A DNA stretch of 64,000 bases, taken from Argiope bruennichi. Taxonomy: Eukaryota. Position numbers and translations under genes: made by a program. The DNA is taken from contig NC_079159.1 in NCBI RefSeq assembly GCF_947563725.1, positions 100,049,559-100,113,558 of the forward strand, read 5' to 3'. Positions 22,831 to 37,100 of the stretch are shown piece by piece. The notes below the pieces were generated by a model that made no database searches, was not told the origin of the DNA, and was given only the letters and a program-made list of their open reading frames with translations. Within the stretch, counting starts at the first letter, position 1. Every line of letters starts with the position of its first letter.

Positions 22831-25800
22831 AATGAGATAAAGACGGAATAAGATTGTAGAGCTTGATTACTTTTATTAAGTTCCAAACTGTTCTGTTTTT
22901 TTATATTATATAATTAGATGGCCATTCATCTGAGAATTTTTGACAATTTAGTGTTTGTTAGTTTAATATTTGCGCCAAATTACAGCATCTTAAAATTGTA
23001 AGCTTTAGCTTAATAATTTGAGAAATGATAATCTGATTAATGGATTCGACAGCTAATCATTCATAGTAATTTGAAAAAGCACCAATAAATATTAAAATAT
23101 TCCAAAAGTCGAGTTTTTAGAAAGAGTTTGAATACAGCAAAAACTTAAAACTATTTCCAATACTCTAATTGAATGAAAAAAATTTAGATGGCACATTTTC
23201 AGTCTTGAAATATTATATATTATTGAATGTGATGTAAAGTTATACAATTTAAAATTGCATAAAACTGGAAGAAGACAAGTATATCTTAAGTGTTATTTGT
23301 TCTAGATCCAAATGCAACAGTGACATTACATTTTTACAATAGGTTTTGAATTCTTCAATGACATAAAATGCACTTCCTCAATTTTATTTTCAAAAAAGGA
23401 AAACAAAAAGAATTCAAAAACATTTAGATCAAATTTTAAACTGAAGATGCAAAAACTGCATTTTTGCATCTCCAAGCATGTTTTCATTATACTATCTCAA
23501 TTGTTGTTAATATAAAAATTTAAATTGAATATTACTTTAATATTCTTTTCTCTTTAAAATTGTCCTAAGATATTAATTGAGATAGGTTGCTATAAAAGAA
23601 AATAGACTTCATTTATTTGATACCTTATTTTCATTAATCAATGAATTATTTTAAACCAATAAAAATAAATATCATTGATATGACTTCTAATTCCTTTATA
23701 TTGAATAGATATTAAGAATGTAATTCTTAATAATGAAAAATAGTTTTTTAAATTAGATTAACAAATTTAAATAATTCTTAAAAAGACATGTTTTATTAAA
23801 TAAAATTATAATATTATTTTCTTCTTATAAAGTTATATATATATATTAATGCCTGGCTTTCTTTGTTAAAGCATGAGAGTATGGATGAAATATTGCTTGA
23901 TATGAATATTGCTTTTATGCCTGATTAGATAGGGGAGGGAGAATGAAGATTTCAAGAATGTATTAATCTATTGTAATAGTAATACTGAGGGCCTGAGTGC
24001 CTAGCTTTAAATCCATCCCTGGCTGATTTGATATAAAAATACAACATACCTTTGAATTGACCAATTAAATAAGTGAAATAAAATCTATAAAACTGAAAAA
24101 AAATTTTGATAGTGATTACACTTTTTGCATGCCTTAAACAGTGTTCAAGAAAATTTTTGAATTTCAAGTATGAAAAGTCAAGTAATCAGAGAATTAAGGG
24201 CTTCTATTTCAATTTTAAATATTATATTATTTATATTCTTTACATCATTAATAGCAATTTATGAAATTTAATATTAAATTTAAGAGAATATATTAAAAAC
24301 AAACCCATTCACTAAAGAAAAGCCTAGGGTCTATAACAGAAAACTAATGGTACTACATGAAATACCATACTTAACATCCTTAAAACTTTATAAATAAAAT
24401 GCTAATGTTCTTTTTAAAAATAAGGAAAAGTCTAACAGCGCCTATTGCCAATGCTATAGTTAGATCAGCACAGTCTAAATTGGTTTTATATTGTTTAATA
24501 TTGTTATATAATATATTGTTAAGATAAATTGTTTATAAAATAATAATCATATATCTTAAGACAAAAATTTCACATGTAATTAATCTAAATAATTTTTAAA
24601 AGTTTTTACACTTAGTATAATTTCCAAAAGCTATTTGAGATTATTCACATTAAATATTTAGTTATTTTCTGCTAGAAATATATTTTTAAATGTCTGCATA
24701 TTCAATAATTGTCTTGGCCTAAGATAGAAATAATGGTCCGTACCATTTATAAGAGTTTACAATCTTTTATAAATTATAATTCTATTCATAGTACATAACT
24801 AATTTTTATATTAAGTATTGTAATATTTTGATTTTATTTTTTTGGCTTTTGACAGAATTTATATGGCTAAATTTGATTTCTCATTTCAATTGTTAAATAT
24901 CTATATCACCAGCACAAATTTTCTCCCCACATGCATCAGCAACAATAAAATTTTTCAAAAAAAAAAAAAAAAAAAAAAAAATCTTATATAATTTCTTTTT
25001 TAGTAAAAATTATACTTTTTTAGTTACAAGTAAAAATAATTCTAATGCAGTTTCAAATATGATACAGATGAATCTTACAAGCAGAGAAAGAAGACAATTA
25101 AAACCATCAGAAAAATCAGGCATTATATAATAAAAAATAATTAATCAAAAGAATAATTTATTTTTTTCCAACACCATTTACAGTATTATTTCATTTGAAT
25201 ATTATTGATGAACAGAAAGTTCATATAATTCTACAGCTACCCAGTGTTACATACATAAATATATACAAGCTTTTGAAGATCAGTATGATATATTTACAAG
25301 CATAGAATTCAATAAAACATTCTTTCAAAAAAAAAAAAAAAAAAAAAAAATTCTGCAACAATTTTCTATAAAAACTATATAAATTTGGGAGAAAAAAAAT
25401 AGTGACAATTGTACAATTAGTTTTAAGAATATTTACAAAGAAATAAACATTTGATATCAGTCACTAATAAAAATCATATATAACATTTCATAAGGCATTT
25501 ACAATGTAAAATTCCAAAACTTGTATGAAGACTACTTTTAGATTATTTTTTGAAAATACAGTTTAAGTAATCTGAAAACAGCAAAATTAACAAAATATGT
25601 CAAAAAATATTCTATTTACAAGTTTGTTTTTTTAGAATGGTTTATGTAGATCAAAGTAATACATTTTTAATTATTACAATACAAACTGTATTTTATAACT
25701 ATATTAAATCAAATGACATCAGCAAGATAAATATCTTTATTGGTATGACTTATTAATAAGCATATTAAAAATAAACAAGCCCATTATATATTTACTTTTC

Positions 25801-26038
25801 TAAACATTTGAAGTCAACTTGGCTAAATTGAAAGAGTGAAAATTAAAAAAAGTTAATACATCACAATATGATAAGTCATCTTTCACATAAAGACAGTTTA
25901 AGTGGTTTTTAAGAAGCATCAGCTAGCTAGAAAAAGAATAAAAAACAAGATGCTTAAACTATCTACCCAAATAATATAAAACTAAAAAAGAAAATTCTAG
26001 GTATATTCTTGCCAAAGCTATAGACTTCATAAAAAACT

Positions 26039-27985
26039 TTATATTAAAAATGGCAAGCCTAACTTCCCTCTAGCTGGAGTTAAACCCGGCATGGTACCAG
26101 AAATATTTTTAATGGACTTCCTACTCCTTTTGCTTCTACTAGTACTCAAAGATTTCTTATTCTGACTGCAATTCAGGGATTTCTTATTTTTATTATTATT
26201 CAAGGATATCCTGGTTCCTCCTGGTTTGCGAGTTGCAAGTACAGAACTTCGTAAATTCCACCTTGATGTGCGATTCAATTCACTGGCAAAATCTGTATAA
26301 GTTGTACCATTTGGAGATGTTCTGGACTGAATTAAATTTTGTTGGTTCCTCTCCCTCAAAACCATTTTCTGATCTTTTCTTTGAATAGCATTAGGACGAC
26401 TAGTAAACAACCTAGTGACTTTAGACGTTGACTTCCCAGTAGTACTTGGTACCATTCTGGAGCTATGAGCTGCAGGAGTCTGAAACATGGATACGCCAGT
26501 ACTGGATTTAAGCATCTTGCTTGGAGCTGATTTGGGAGTTGTCATAAGAGGTCGTTTTCCCGGTGTTCCTGTGACATTTCCCAGTTGCAATAAATGTTGC
26601 TTGTGTCGTTCTTGTTTCTCATTTTCCTTTTGGTTAATTCGTTCCACCCATTGTTTGGTTACAACTTGCCTATAATCTTCACCATAGTATAAAAATGGTG
26701 AGCCTTTTTCCCTTTCGTATACTTCAATATCTTGGAAAATACTGTTTTCTAAAGCAGGAAGCTCTTTTTGTAGCCTCTTCCTTTCTTTTTCTTCCTGCAA
26801 CAAATTCCCTTTGCGATTTTTAAATCTATTTGGATCTGCTGCTTTATTTTCAAAAACAATCATCAGCTCCCACAGTTCTTTCCTCTTCTCTATTTTTTTA
26901 ATAATATGCTGAACATCTTCATAATAACTTTTCCATTTTTCAACTTCAGCCTCGTGAGCTTCCAGAATTTCATCTGTTGCTTCAGAACATGAAAAGTATT
27001 CAAATTGCTGTCTTAGAGTTTCTGAAACGTAACATTTATCCCAAAGATTATGCAATTCCTGACGAAGGGACCTAATAAACATTTTAATGTTATCTTTTTT
27101 AATTTTTTCACATCTTTCAATCTCCTCCTGAATAGATTTTATGGTTGAGAGACGATAATCTACATGATTTGATAAAAAAGTCACACGTTTGCTCTCATCT
27201 ATTTTAAGCCTTTCCCACAAGACATTCAGCTTATTCATCAATGTTTTCTTTTCAGTCTCCAACTCTATTTTCTTCTTCTTTGCTTTGTTGATGATTTCTT
27301 CTAAAGCTTTAAATGTTTCATTAGAAAGAGAAAAATTTTCCTTCTCTGACAAAATTTCTTTTTCAAGAGGTGTTTCTGGAGTCAATTCAGTTGTTTCCCA
27401 AATTGTAGTCAGTTCCTTTTTGACCTTGCACAATTTCTTATGACGCATTTCCTTTTCTTTTTTAAGCATGTCAATATGTTGTTGAAGCTCATCCAAATCA
27501 TTTTCCGATGGAACTCCAGTGTTAGAAGGAAGCTGGTGCTCAGGCATATTTAAAATTCGACAAAGCTGCAATTCAACATTCTTTAAATCTCTATATGATT
27601 TTAATCTCTTGTGTTTCAATTTAGATAAGCTATCTAATTCTTGACGCAACATTTCTTCTTGCTTAATCAGTGATTTGTCATTAATTTCTTTGGGTGATAT
27701 TGATAGAGCCTTTGACAATTCTTGTATTTTGACCTTAAAATTTTCAATACGCTCTTTGGTGTCATTACAAAAAGTGGTCTCCTCATCAAAAATATCATTT
27801 AAAAGATTTTTTATATGAACCCATACAGCTCTTGCTCTTTGTGCTTTTTGGTTGCTGTCAATACCAAAAATTTGCCAAACATCATATAATTTTCTTAAAG
27901 CTTCTTTTACATTCATAATTTCTGTATTTGCTATTTCCTCCAAAATTATTTCATCATCATTTGGTTGTTGGTTATCAGCATCCAT
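26039..27985 (-). CDS. PRC1-like: PRC1/Ase1/MAP65-family microtubule cross-linker (protein regulator of cytokinesis 1, fascetto-like). Complete 648-aa ORF with no interruption
   Basis: A 1947-nt ORF. LRKLYDVWQIFGIDSNQKAQRARAVWVHIKNLL parallels human PRC1 LNHLREIWELIGIPEDQRLQRTEVVKKHIKELL. NLWDKCYVSETLRQQFEYF, LWERLKIDESKR and PNRFKNRKGNLLQEEKERKRLQKELPALE match the PRC1 rod and spectrin-fold signatures (WDQCF, LWDRLQIPEEERE, PNRFTNRGGNLLKEEKQRAKLQKMLPKLE). There is a Ser/Thr/Lys/Arg-rich disordered C-terminal tail. Confidence 0.85.
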   Translation of the reverse strand: MDADNQQPNDDEIILEEIANTEIMNVKEALRKLYDVWQIFGIDSNQKAQRARAVWVHIKNLLNDIFDEETTFCNDTKERIENFKVKIQELSKALSISPKEINDKSLIKQEEMLRQELDSLSKLKHKRLKSYRDLKNVELQLCRILNMPEHQLPSNTGVPSENDLDELQQHIDMLKKEKEMRHKKLCKVKKELTTIWETTELTPETPLEKEILSEKENFSLSNETFKALEEIINKAKKKKIELETEKKTLMNKLNVLWERLKIDESKRVTFLSNHVDYRLSTIKSIQEEIERCEKIKKDNIKMFIRSLRQELHNLWDKCYVSETLRQQFEYFSCSEATDEILEAHEAEVEKWKSYYEDVQHIIKKIEKRKELWELMIVFENKAADPNRFKNRKGNLLQEEKERKRLQKELPALENSIFQDIEVYEREKGSPFLYYGEDYRQVVTKQWVERINQKENEKQERHKQHLLQLGNVTGTPGKRPLMTTPKSAPSKMLKSSTGVSMFQTPAAHSSRMVPSTTGKSTSKVTRLFTSRPNAIQRKDQKMVLRERNQQNLIQSRTSPNGTTYTDFASELNRTSRWNLRSSVLATRKPGGTRISLNNNKNKKSLNCSQNKKSLSTSRSKRSRKSIKNISGTMPGLTPARGKLGLPFLI

Positions 27986-29655
27986 AATGATGCACTAAAA
28001 CATATGTCCAGGAATCTGTGTAATACCTATTAAAAAAATGGAATAATTTCAGATTTTGGCTGTTAAATAAAACAATTGCAAATCCACATTAAACAATGAT
28101 AGTCATTTCATTTTTAAAAAGACAACCTTTTAACTAAAAATCAATCAATAAATAAAAAATGAGAACGTTAGAACAACTTAATTTCTTAGTTATTTTGACA
28201 ACTGTATTCATAATATTAATTGCTCTCAGGCTGGCTAATACCTTATATTTTCATCTGATTAATATTTAAAATATTAGTCCCCTTAAATTAACTAAATAAT
28301 AATTTAAATATTAATATAATTATTATTGAATATTTAAAAAATTTAATATCTTTTGTTAAAAAAATAAGTCATTCTGTATGTAGTAAAAATATAAAGAAAA
28401 AACTTTAGAAAGAATATTTTAGATTTAAAAAAAACTATTAAGAAATAAATAAAAGAAACTTTAAAACAACAGACTGTTTGATTACACATTTTTAGTTTTT
28501 ATTTTCTTACTGACGCTCAGAAGAAATATGTTTAGACTAGTTATATCAGCAGATTACATTTATTTTTTTATATAGGAGGACATTAATACTTCTTTCCTTA
28601 ATAGTAAACTGTTATTGATTACATATGAGCAGATGTGTGTTTGTGTCCACAAGTTGCTAAATCTAGAAAAGTTTGTTTCCAAAAATCACTATTTCCCTAC
28701 TTAAGTAACCAAAATGAATTTATATAGAACTATAAAATAATATTGGTTTTATATTCAATTGAGAATTAATATTTTTTAAAAAAAGATGATTCTACACTAT
28801 TTTTCCTCCTACTTTTCCTTGAAAGTCTTTATAATTTTTTCTGAGAGAAAGTTAAACACTCTAAGCCTTCTCTAATTATTGTTCAGATATCTAATTCACA
28901 ATTGAAAGAAATTTCTGAGGAAAGTAAAAAGGTTACAGTGGTTACAAAGGAAAGAGTAAAAGGTTACTTTTTCACAATAAATCCTTTCTTTTGTTGTAAT
29001 TATTTTAGCAACTGAGTACTTATACATATTTTCAGTAAAGAAGATTTAACGGAAGAAAATTCATTTAATTTTATTTTGATCATATTAAAACCTAATTTTA
29101 ACAACTTTTATAATTAATTAGCCACTTAATCAAATGAGATTATAATAAAAAATGTTATAAGCAGTCATAATGCATATTTTATAATAAAAGTTTTTACTCA
29201 AATATTCCTTAGAATTTATTTTTAGTAAATATAAAAAGATAGACTAATGAAATTTGGCATGTAATTTTTATATCAAAACTGTAAGCTAGAATCAAATTTT
29301 AAAAGAATTTCATAAATAGAAAGATTCTTTATCAGCTTGTCTATGTGAATGCAATAATTCAAATCTATACCAAACTAGATTAATGAATCATGAATCTTTA
29401 GACACTCAACTGTAGTTTAGGGTCAGACAAGATTATGGTACAGTCAGGAAAGCAGATTTTATAATGCTATTTCATATGAAATGTGGTAATCCTGATTTCT
29501 TGTGACTATTTGAGTCGGAAGAATTTTGGGAGGTATTTTTCAATTATCTGTATTTAAAGATTGTATTTTAAATCTTGCCTCATTTTAATAGTCAATTTTG
29601 TACCAAAATTAATCAAAAGAATGGCACTATTCCAAAATAAATATACTCTCTCCTA

Positions 29656-29660
<5 letters not shown>

Positions 29661-29711
<51 letters not shown>
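29661..29711. repeat. (TA)n microsatellite, about 25 units
   Basis: tatata tract. Confidence 0.95.
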
Positions 29712-29713
<2 letters not shown>

Positions 29714-31597
29714 GCATATGACAAAACATAATATATACAATGGCATATTGTGGAAAGTGATACCAGAAAATTAGGAAGATATTACTTTTTTTGCCCAGCA
29801 TAATTCAACAAATAATGAATACAATGCCCTAATATTGCTAACATTTTTTAAACTATTTTATTCAAACAAAACTATTTTTTTAACACAGCAAATTTTAAGT
29901 ATAATAAAGTCAGATCAATTGTAATTTTTAAAAAATTGTTTTATAATCTTTGTAAAATCACTATTTAAAAACACAGATTTACCAAATGTTTCAAGATTTT
30001 AACTATTTAATTAAAAATTTAAATACCTAATCAATGGATGAGAAGTGTCTCTACAATGTAAGATAATATTACTAATGTAAACTCTTTTCTTATCCTAGTT
30101 TTGCCTTCATGTAAATGTGCTTCAAAAGACCGAAAATGCTTTCATTTATCGTTTTTTCATAATATGCTGAATAGGAAAAGCAATCAGATTAACGACTCTT
30201 TTAAAGATTAAATTACATTTTGAGTTGAGAAAATACAGAAAACTATAAAATGGATAAATACATCCAACAAAAATTTTTTTACTTTATTAATATTGTAAGG
30301 TAACATATTTATTAGTTTAGAAAGTAGTTTAATAATATATAAGGATTAAAAAAAAAAAAACCAAGTATGCATTTTAAAACAAAGGTAACTTCATTTCAGA
30401 GACTATTTATCAATTACTTGATCAGAAATGTAGTAAAAATGTGACAAAGACATGTTTTCTAGGGGGGGGAGGAAATATTTGACAAAATAAATAAATAAAT
30501 AAGCCGGTACTTATCTCTTGCACTCTGAATGTGTCAGGAAATTTATTTAAAATGGCATATTATTTCATTGTTTATTTTAGCTTCGATATTTATATATTCA
30601 AAACAACAAGGAAAACCAATACACCAGTCACTTATCCCAACCACTGGTTTCATTTAACTAGTTTTTGTTTCATACAAAAGCTCATACCTCTAAATATGTT
30701 CTTAATGATATCTGAACCTTGTCGTCTTCCCTTTACAACAAAAGTTTAAACATTACTTCGTTGCATATTCTTTACAGATAAAATCTGCAACAGAATTCTA
30801 GTTATAACCAATGAAATGATTTCAAAAATTTTAACTTCATATAAAAGCTTACACTGGTACAAACGTACTGGTTGCTTGCTTTCAACATATCTCTGATGGA
30901 ACTTTCAGTCTCAACAACAGGACTGACTTCACAAATTTTCCATAACATTTTAAATTATAGATAACCAATAAAAATGCTTTGTTATTATTATGCAAGCATA
31001 ATTTAAAATAATGATTTCTTTCTCTTGATAAAATATTGTTCATCAAAGCCAACTGGAAAAATTACTCTCTAATCTAATTATGTTAATGATATTAATAATA
31101 ACATGTCAGCCAATTTATGAAATGCATCTTATGTTTAATTTACATTTGTTGTTTTAATCTATGTTTGCTGAATAATAATGATCAGAAATGATTCAAAAAT
31201 TGTGAAATTAATCAATGAAATTTATCCTGTTGTTGAGGTTAGGGTCCTATCCAAATTTTATTTTGCAATATCTCTTGAGAATGATTGCAGATGACTTATT
31301 TACATTTATGAGCTATATGGAATAAAAACTGACAAATATGTTATTTAATAATTGTAACTGAGAAATTTTGCCAAGATTCCCACATCCACATAGAGATTGT
31401 AATAAAAGAATGTTTTTGCAATTTCTTTCAGGAATTAATATCGGAGGAAAGCAGAGAGCTTTTAATGATGTATCTAGCAATCATAAACTTCAATATGGGT
31501 GGGGGATCAGCAAAATTATCACAGTGATTATGATTGGGGAACAACTGATTATTTAGTTTAGCCAATTGTTTTAAAATGCTTTTAGCAACCAGCTGGT

Positions 31598-32300
31598 TTG
31601 CCTGGGATAGTGGTTACATTTAATTTCAGTTCAATCAATTAAATAAAATTTCATGTCCATGATTCTATTGAATAATCAGACATTAAAACCATACCATTTT
31701 CAGTCTTCTGTTTATTGTGTACATGAACCTTTCAAAGAAGACTAATCCATGACGTCATGATATTACTAAAAACGTAAATGTTTGATTTATCCAACTTCCA
31801 TAATATTATAATTTTATTTATTAATTTTTCTCATGAAAAAACTACATATATATTAAATGCAATTGCTCTTTTTTAGTTTTCATGAGAGGAAAATCGTGCA
31901 ATTAAATATTTGATGAAACAATGAAAACAATTTGAATTTCATGACAATAATGTAATCTATAGTTAGAAATTAGAAAAAATAAATATATTTTTAAAAATTT
32001 CAAAAATTTTCATAACTATTAAATGAGTATCATTAAAAAGATATTTATTAAATTTTGAAATGTTGAATGTTTACAAAGTTCATTTTTGCACAATTATTTT
32101 GGATCTTATTATGGTAAAATATCAAAATCCAACTTAATTTCTAATTAAAAATTTTTTAACAAAATTGATCGAAGGTGCACATTTCCACCCTCCAAGAAAT
32201 ACAATGTGTGCCAAATTTAGTAGCAATAGATCAAATAATTTGGTTGAACAGAAAACATGACATGGCTTGAAATTACAGAAACAAAAGTAAGTTTTTAAAC
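31598..32300 (+). repeat. Dispersed AT-rich repeat family, copy R2 (about 700 bp)
   Basis: Shares the same blocks as R1, including ggtgcacatttccaccc versus ggtgcacattcttggcc. Confidence 0.5.
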
Positions 32301-33938
32301 TAACATTAAACTTAAGTGTTAAAAATGAAAGTGTTCAGTAATAACTTTTTTTTTCCCCAATCACATGAAAAAAATTTAGAATAAATTATAAAATTATTTA
32401 TCAATTTAAGTTTTTTAAACAAAAACTTAATTTGAAACACACAAACACAAAACCGCCCTTAAATATTTTTTTACAAATAATTTAATAAAATTAAAAAAAT
32501 TTTCTTACTCAAGCAAATTTCAGTATGAACATTCTGATTTCAGTAAAGTAACACTGATGATAAAATATTGATTTCAATAAAAATTTGTGAATGAGGTGTT
32601 AATTTTGAAAATATTCATTCAGCAGGGAGAAACGTAAATTTCGTCATACAAAATACTTAATAAAATTAAGTATTCTTTTAAAAGGTGTCACTAATTAAAA
32701 CGGAATCAATATTAATTTTTTATTAAATAAAAAAAAACTGTATAAAAAATGTGTTTTAAATTACTAATTTACCATTACAAAATAAATAAAGGATATTAAA
32801 AGGTAGGGAAAATAACTCTAATTCCACTGTTTGCTTGAAGTGGAAAAGTAAAGGCATAAAAAAAAATTCAAATTGAGTCTGTTAGTGGAACTGATATTCA
32901 ACGATTACAAATTTTTTTCAAAAGAAGACGAACATGACTTACCTTTAGAATGTCACTATAACAAGATGAAAAAAATAAGAAGAACTTGTTTTAATGATAA
33001 ATCAAACTAACATTTCACAATTATTTAAATTGAAATCAAATTCAAATTTGAAATCCCGGGCTACGGTTTTCCTGATAAAATATGAAAATACGATTGTTAT
33101 TGCCAGATTTGAAAGCGAACTAAATCCATATGGCAATGATACAAATCTCAAATCCTTCTCATGTCAATTTATATTAGAATGAATATATATAAAACAATCG
33201 GCATGAGAAATTAGTAAAGACATAATGTAAATAATGGAAAAATATGTTTTTTCATTTGAACTGTTGTTAAAAGTTGAAATCCTTTTCCTCTAGTGTGACT
33301 CTATTGGTATGGAAATGTTTTAGTGTCGTTGCTTTTTCCTATTTTTTTTAAATCTCTGGACAGATTTAATGTTTTTGATATGATAATACATCAAATAAGT
33401 TCCATAGTTATCAAAGGACAAACAAAGTTGGATATAATTATCGAGCTCAGTCATCATCTCCAATAGTGACGGCTTAGATGGTTTATAATAAACTGAACTG
33501 AATATAAAATATATAGTAAATTCAGTTTCCATTTCGAAGTGACAGCTATATTAAGTTCACTATTTTCAATCAAACAATCAACCAAAATAAGGGAAATTGA
33601 AATACTGCATTGATATAATAAATCCCATTTATCATTTAAATGGTGTATCATTTTAATGTGAAAACATTCATTTCTTAAGTGACACTCTTTTTCTGTACAT
33701 AATTGTGTTTAAACTGTTAAACAAGTGAAAAAATCACAAAACAACAAGTTTAATGAATGTACAAAAGAAAGAAGATAAAATATTTACTAAATGTCACAAT
33801 TTCTTAAAAATGTGTTTTATTTCAGTTTTTCCTGAATAACAAAAATACAGTTTCAGAATTGTAGAAAATACCTTTTCAGGATTTTCTAACTTTTGGGGAT
33901 ATATCTTTTGACTTATTATTTACTATTAGAAAATAACA

Positions 33939-34153
33939 ATGTTGCTGACATTATGGGATTTGTATACAATCAATAAGGAGCAATCATTCAGAGTTATATT
34001 TTATGATTTTAAAAGTAAGCATATATTAAATTTTGAACAAAGTCAGTCATACATTGGTAAAGTTTCCAAGCTGTTGAACTCTACATCTGCAGCACAATCA
34101 GTTATTGGGTGCTTTATTAGCCCAGGATTATATTTATCATGTATTATTCTTGG
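33939..34153 (+). CDS. AASDH-like: AASDH/ACSF4-U26 homolog, putative exon 1 (MLLTLWDLYTINKEQSFRVIFYDFKSKHILNFEQSQSYIGKVSKLLNSTSAAQSVIGCFISPGLYLSCIILG)
   Basis: Begins with ATG. IGCFISPGLYLSCIILG parallels the human AASDH N-terminal IGLYCQPGIDLPSWILG as I recall it, and the spacing from the Met is similar. Possible donor gg|gtacga at 34154. The following exons up to 39681 are not resolved. Confidence 0.45.
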
Positions 34154-37100
34154 GTACGAATTGTTTATCAATTATTTTACATTGACATATTATAAAGATA
34201 ATTGTATTTTGCCTTTTCTGAGATTTTGTAGATTAAAAAAAAAATTAACAAAATTTTATACCTTATATTAGTTATGCTCCTTTTACATAGAATTTATACA
34301 GGATTTTTTTCATCAATTGCAATTTTATTAGAAATCATAAATTGTCTGCTAAATAAATTGGTAAAAATTCTGTTGTTATCACATTTTTAATTTTGAGTAT
34401 TGATTATTCAAAAATATTTTATGGTACTTTCAATTGACAAGCAGTTTATTTTTTGAATAATATCAATTTTTTCCAAACTTATTGCGCTTGTTGATTGATT
34501 GAATTTTTGAATTGTAAATTCATAAATAGTTGCTTTTTTTGAATTGTTTAAATCAGTGACCAGAAAACAGTAATTAAGCTTTCTATTACGAGAAAGGATT
34601 TTAACTTTTTTTGTAATTGTGATCATCTTGTTACTTAGCTTCCATTACATATTTATATATATTTATATTGCAGAATAAATTATATAAGGGAAATGTATTT
34701 TATTCTATTTTTACATTTATTTAGTAAAAAAACAAGCTAAATTCTGAGTGATATCATTATTTGCCTGCAATATATCAAAATAAGATAAAATAGCGGGCCT
34801 GAATTGAATTATTACAAAATTCATTTGAAAAATCTTCATTATCTTTAATACTTGTCTATTAATCACATATCAGTGATTTATCTCCAAAAAAGAATAATCT
34901 AAGATGTTATATTTACTGTCAACAGTGATTAAATGCAAAAAAGTCATTAGTGATATGCTAGTCTATGCACTATATTTGCCACTGACATGTGTTTAAGACT
35001 GAAGTTTGCCAATGACATGCAGTTAAACTAACAACCTGTAATCATGTACCTATTTTTTTTCATAAAAATTCTACTGTATGAATAGCAAATCGATTTACTG
35101 ATAATTTATAAATTAATAGTTCCTTAAATATATATATATGCTGGTCCCTTTACATCCCATCCTCCTGGAAAGCTTCGTGGAACAAAATTGTAAACAATTT
35201 ATCTACTAGTACATTGTTTCTATGATGCAGACGATTTTATAATCTGTGTAAATATAACAGGCATCTCAAGGTCACATTTTCTATTTGTCATAGCTGTTAA
35301 GGTGTTACAGTAGTTTTTTGCATAATCCCTCTTGGCGCATGTATTACTGTTTGATCTCTTGCCATTTGTTCTTGATCGTTTGTTCATTTTTACGAAATAG
35401 TGCTAAAGAGTTTGTTTTTTAAGCTCTGCTCATGAATTGCTCTGATGTCAGGAGACAATCAAAGATGGTATCTACAATGCATACAGTTATTTAAGAGAGT
35501 TGGGAGTCATCTAAGAAAATGGTAAAAGTATTGTTTTTACAGATGCAAAAAGTAATTATCAAAATGTTTAGTGTTTCCTACTGAACAATGCAGCAAATTT
35601 CAACAGAGGCAATTATGACAATAGCTGTTAAAGTTATAAATAGTATTTCAATTTTCAAATCACCCAAGTAAAGAAACCCACAAACAAAATCTATTACAGA
35701 CTTGAATGATTTACATAAAAGCATTGAATACCAAACTGTACTAGAGTTTTATAACAGAGGTGAATAATCAGCATTGGTAAAATTAAGAGCTTGCTTAATA
35801 GAAAAAATTAACTTTTCTGGATGCATAGAATCATTGTAGATGATTGAAAAATTTAGGATTTTCTTACAAAATGTGCAAATTTTTAATGAAAGAAATAACA
35901 TTTTTGTTTCTCATATTTTTGAGAAAAATGAACAATGTGAGAAATGATTCATTATCCAGGCCAGTGATATATCTTAATGAAACTTAGGTAAATGCTAACC
36001 ATTCATCTAAATTTATTTGGCAAAGTTCCACTAGCTAAGGAGACTTAAAAGTTGTATTGGGGAAGGAGTCTAGATTGATCATTTGTCATGCCAGATCTAC
36101 TGATCAAGACTTTATTATGTCCACACAACTTGTATTTCAATTAAAAATTACAGTTGACTATCATGAAGTGATGAATAATGAAGTTTTAAAAAAAGTGATT
36201 TCTCAATTTACTAAGAAGATTGGGCAGTGACTGAAAAAAAATGTGTAATGCATGCAATGAAATTATAAGAAGATGACTTTGTTAAATCTAGTGCTGGAGA
36301 GGATGCAATTAAAAGGATTATTATCATTTTACAAGATTACAGTGAAAGCAGTTTTAGAAAAAGATTAAAGAAAGATAAAATGCTTTAAGCTGAGAACTTC
36401 TAAATTAGTGATTTTTATGCTGATACTCCTTTTATTTCTTTCAGAATGAAACATGTAATAATTTACCCTGATGATGATAACTATATTTGAATGTATATGC
36501 ACTTATTTTTTAAATATATGAATTTATTAAATATATGTGCTATTAAAAGTATATGTTTATTAAACTAAAATATATCTTTATTGAACTTTTTTTAAAATTC
36601 AAGATCTTATTTTTGCATAATAGAGTAATTATTCCTGCATATATTGAACCTAATTTTTCATGTTTAGATAGTTTTGTAAATAATTAATATTTGTAATGAT
36701 AATATGTAGATTTTTTAATTGCAAAACTTCTTTTTTTTTTTTTGAAAAAGTGTAAGAACAATTGGCTTAATATATAATGCCCAGCATTTATAATTGTTCT
36801 ACAAGATTTAAAAGTAAAATTTTCATTATTTTTTTAATTTACTGAAAAATATATCTCAAAAGATAAAAAAAAAAAAAATGAATGAAATTATTTGTTTACA
36901 TTGCCATTTCCAATTTTAATGACAAAAATATTTATGCTAAAATATTTATAAAGCCCTTTTTAAAATATCATAAAAACTCATTATGATATTAGTATAGTAT
37001 ATTTTTGTAACATATAAGTTTTCAAATAGTAGCTAGAATATCCATTTTTTTTTTCTATTCCAACTTCTAATTGAAATATACTGATATGGGGAAAAAGTAA

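Noticed and set aside
23435-23470. Perfect hairpin gatgcaaaaa-ctgcat-ttttgcatc
   Set aside because: The stem is 10 bp and lies in 25% GC DNA. This is expected by chance at this composition and there is no flanking conservation
24955-25350. A-tracts downstream of the PRC1-like gene as a retrogene poly-A tail
   Set aside because: The gene is on the minus strand, so its tail would appear as a T-tract on the + strand. These are A-tracts and so cannot be its retro-tail
31741-31760. TGACGTCA (CRE-like palindrome) as a regulatory site
   Set aside because: It lies inside dispersed-repeat copy R2. The homologous positions in the other copies are tgacatcata and tcatgatatcat, so it is a repeat-derived sequence, not a conserved enhancer motif
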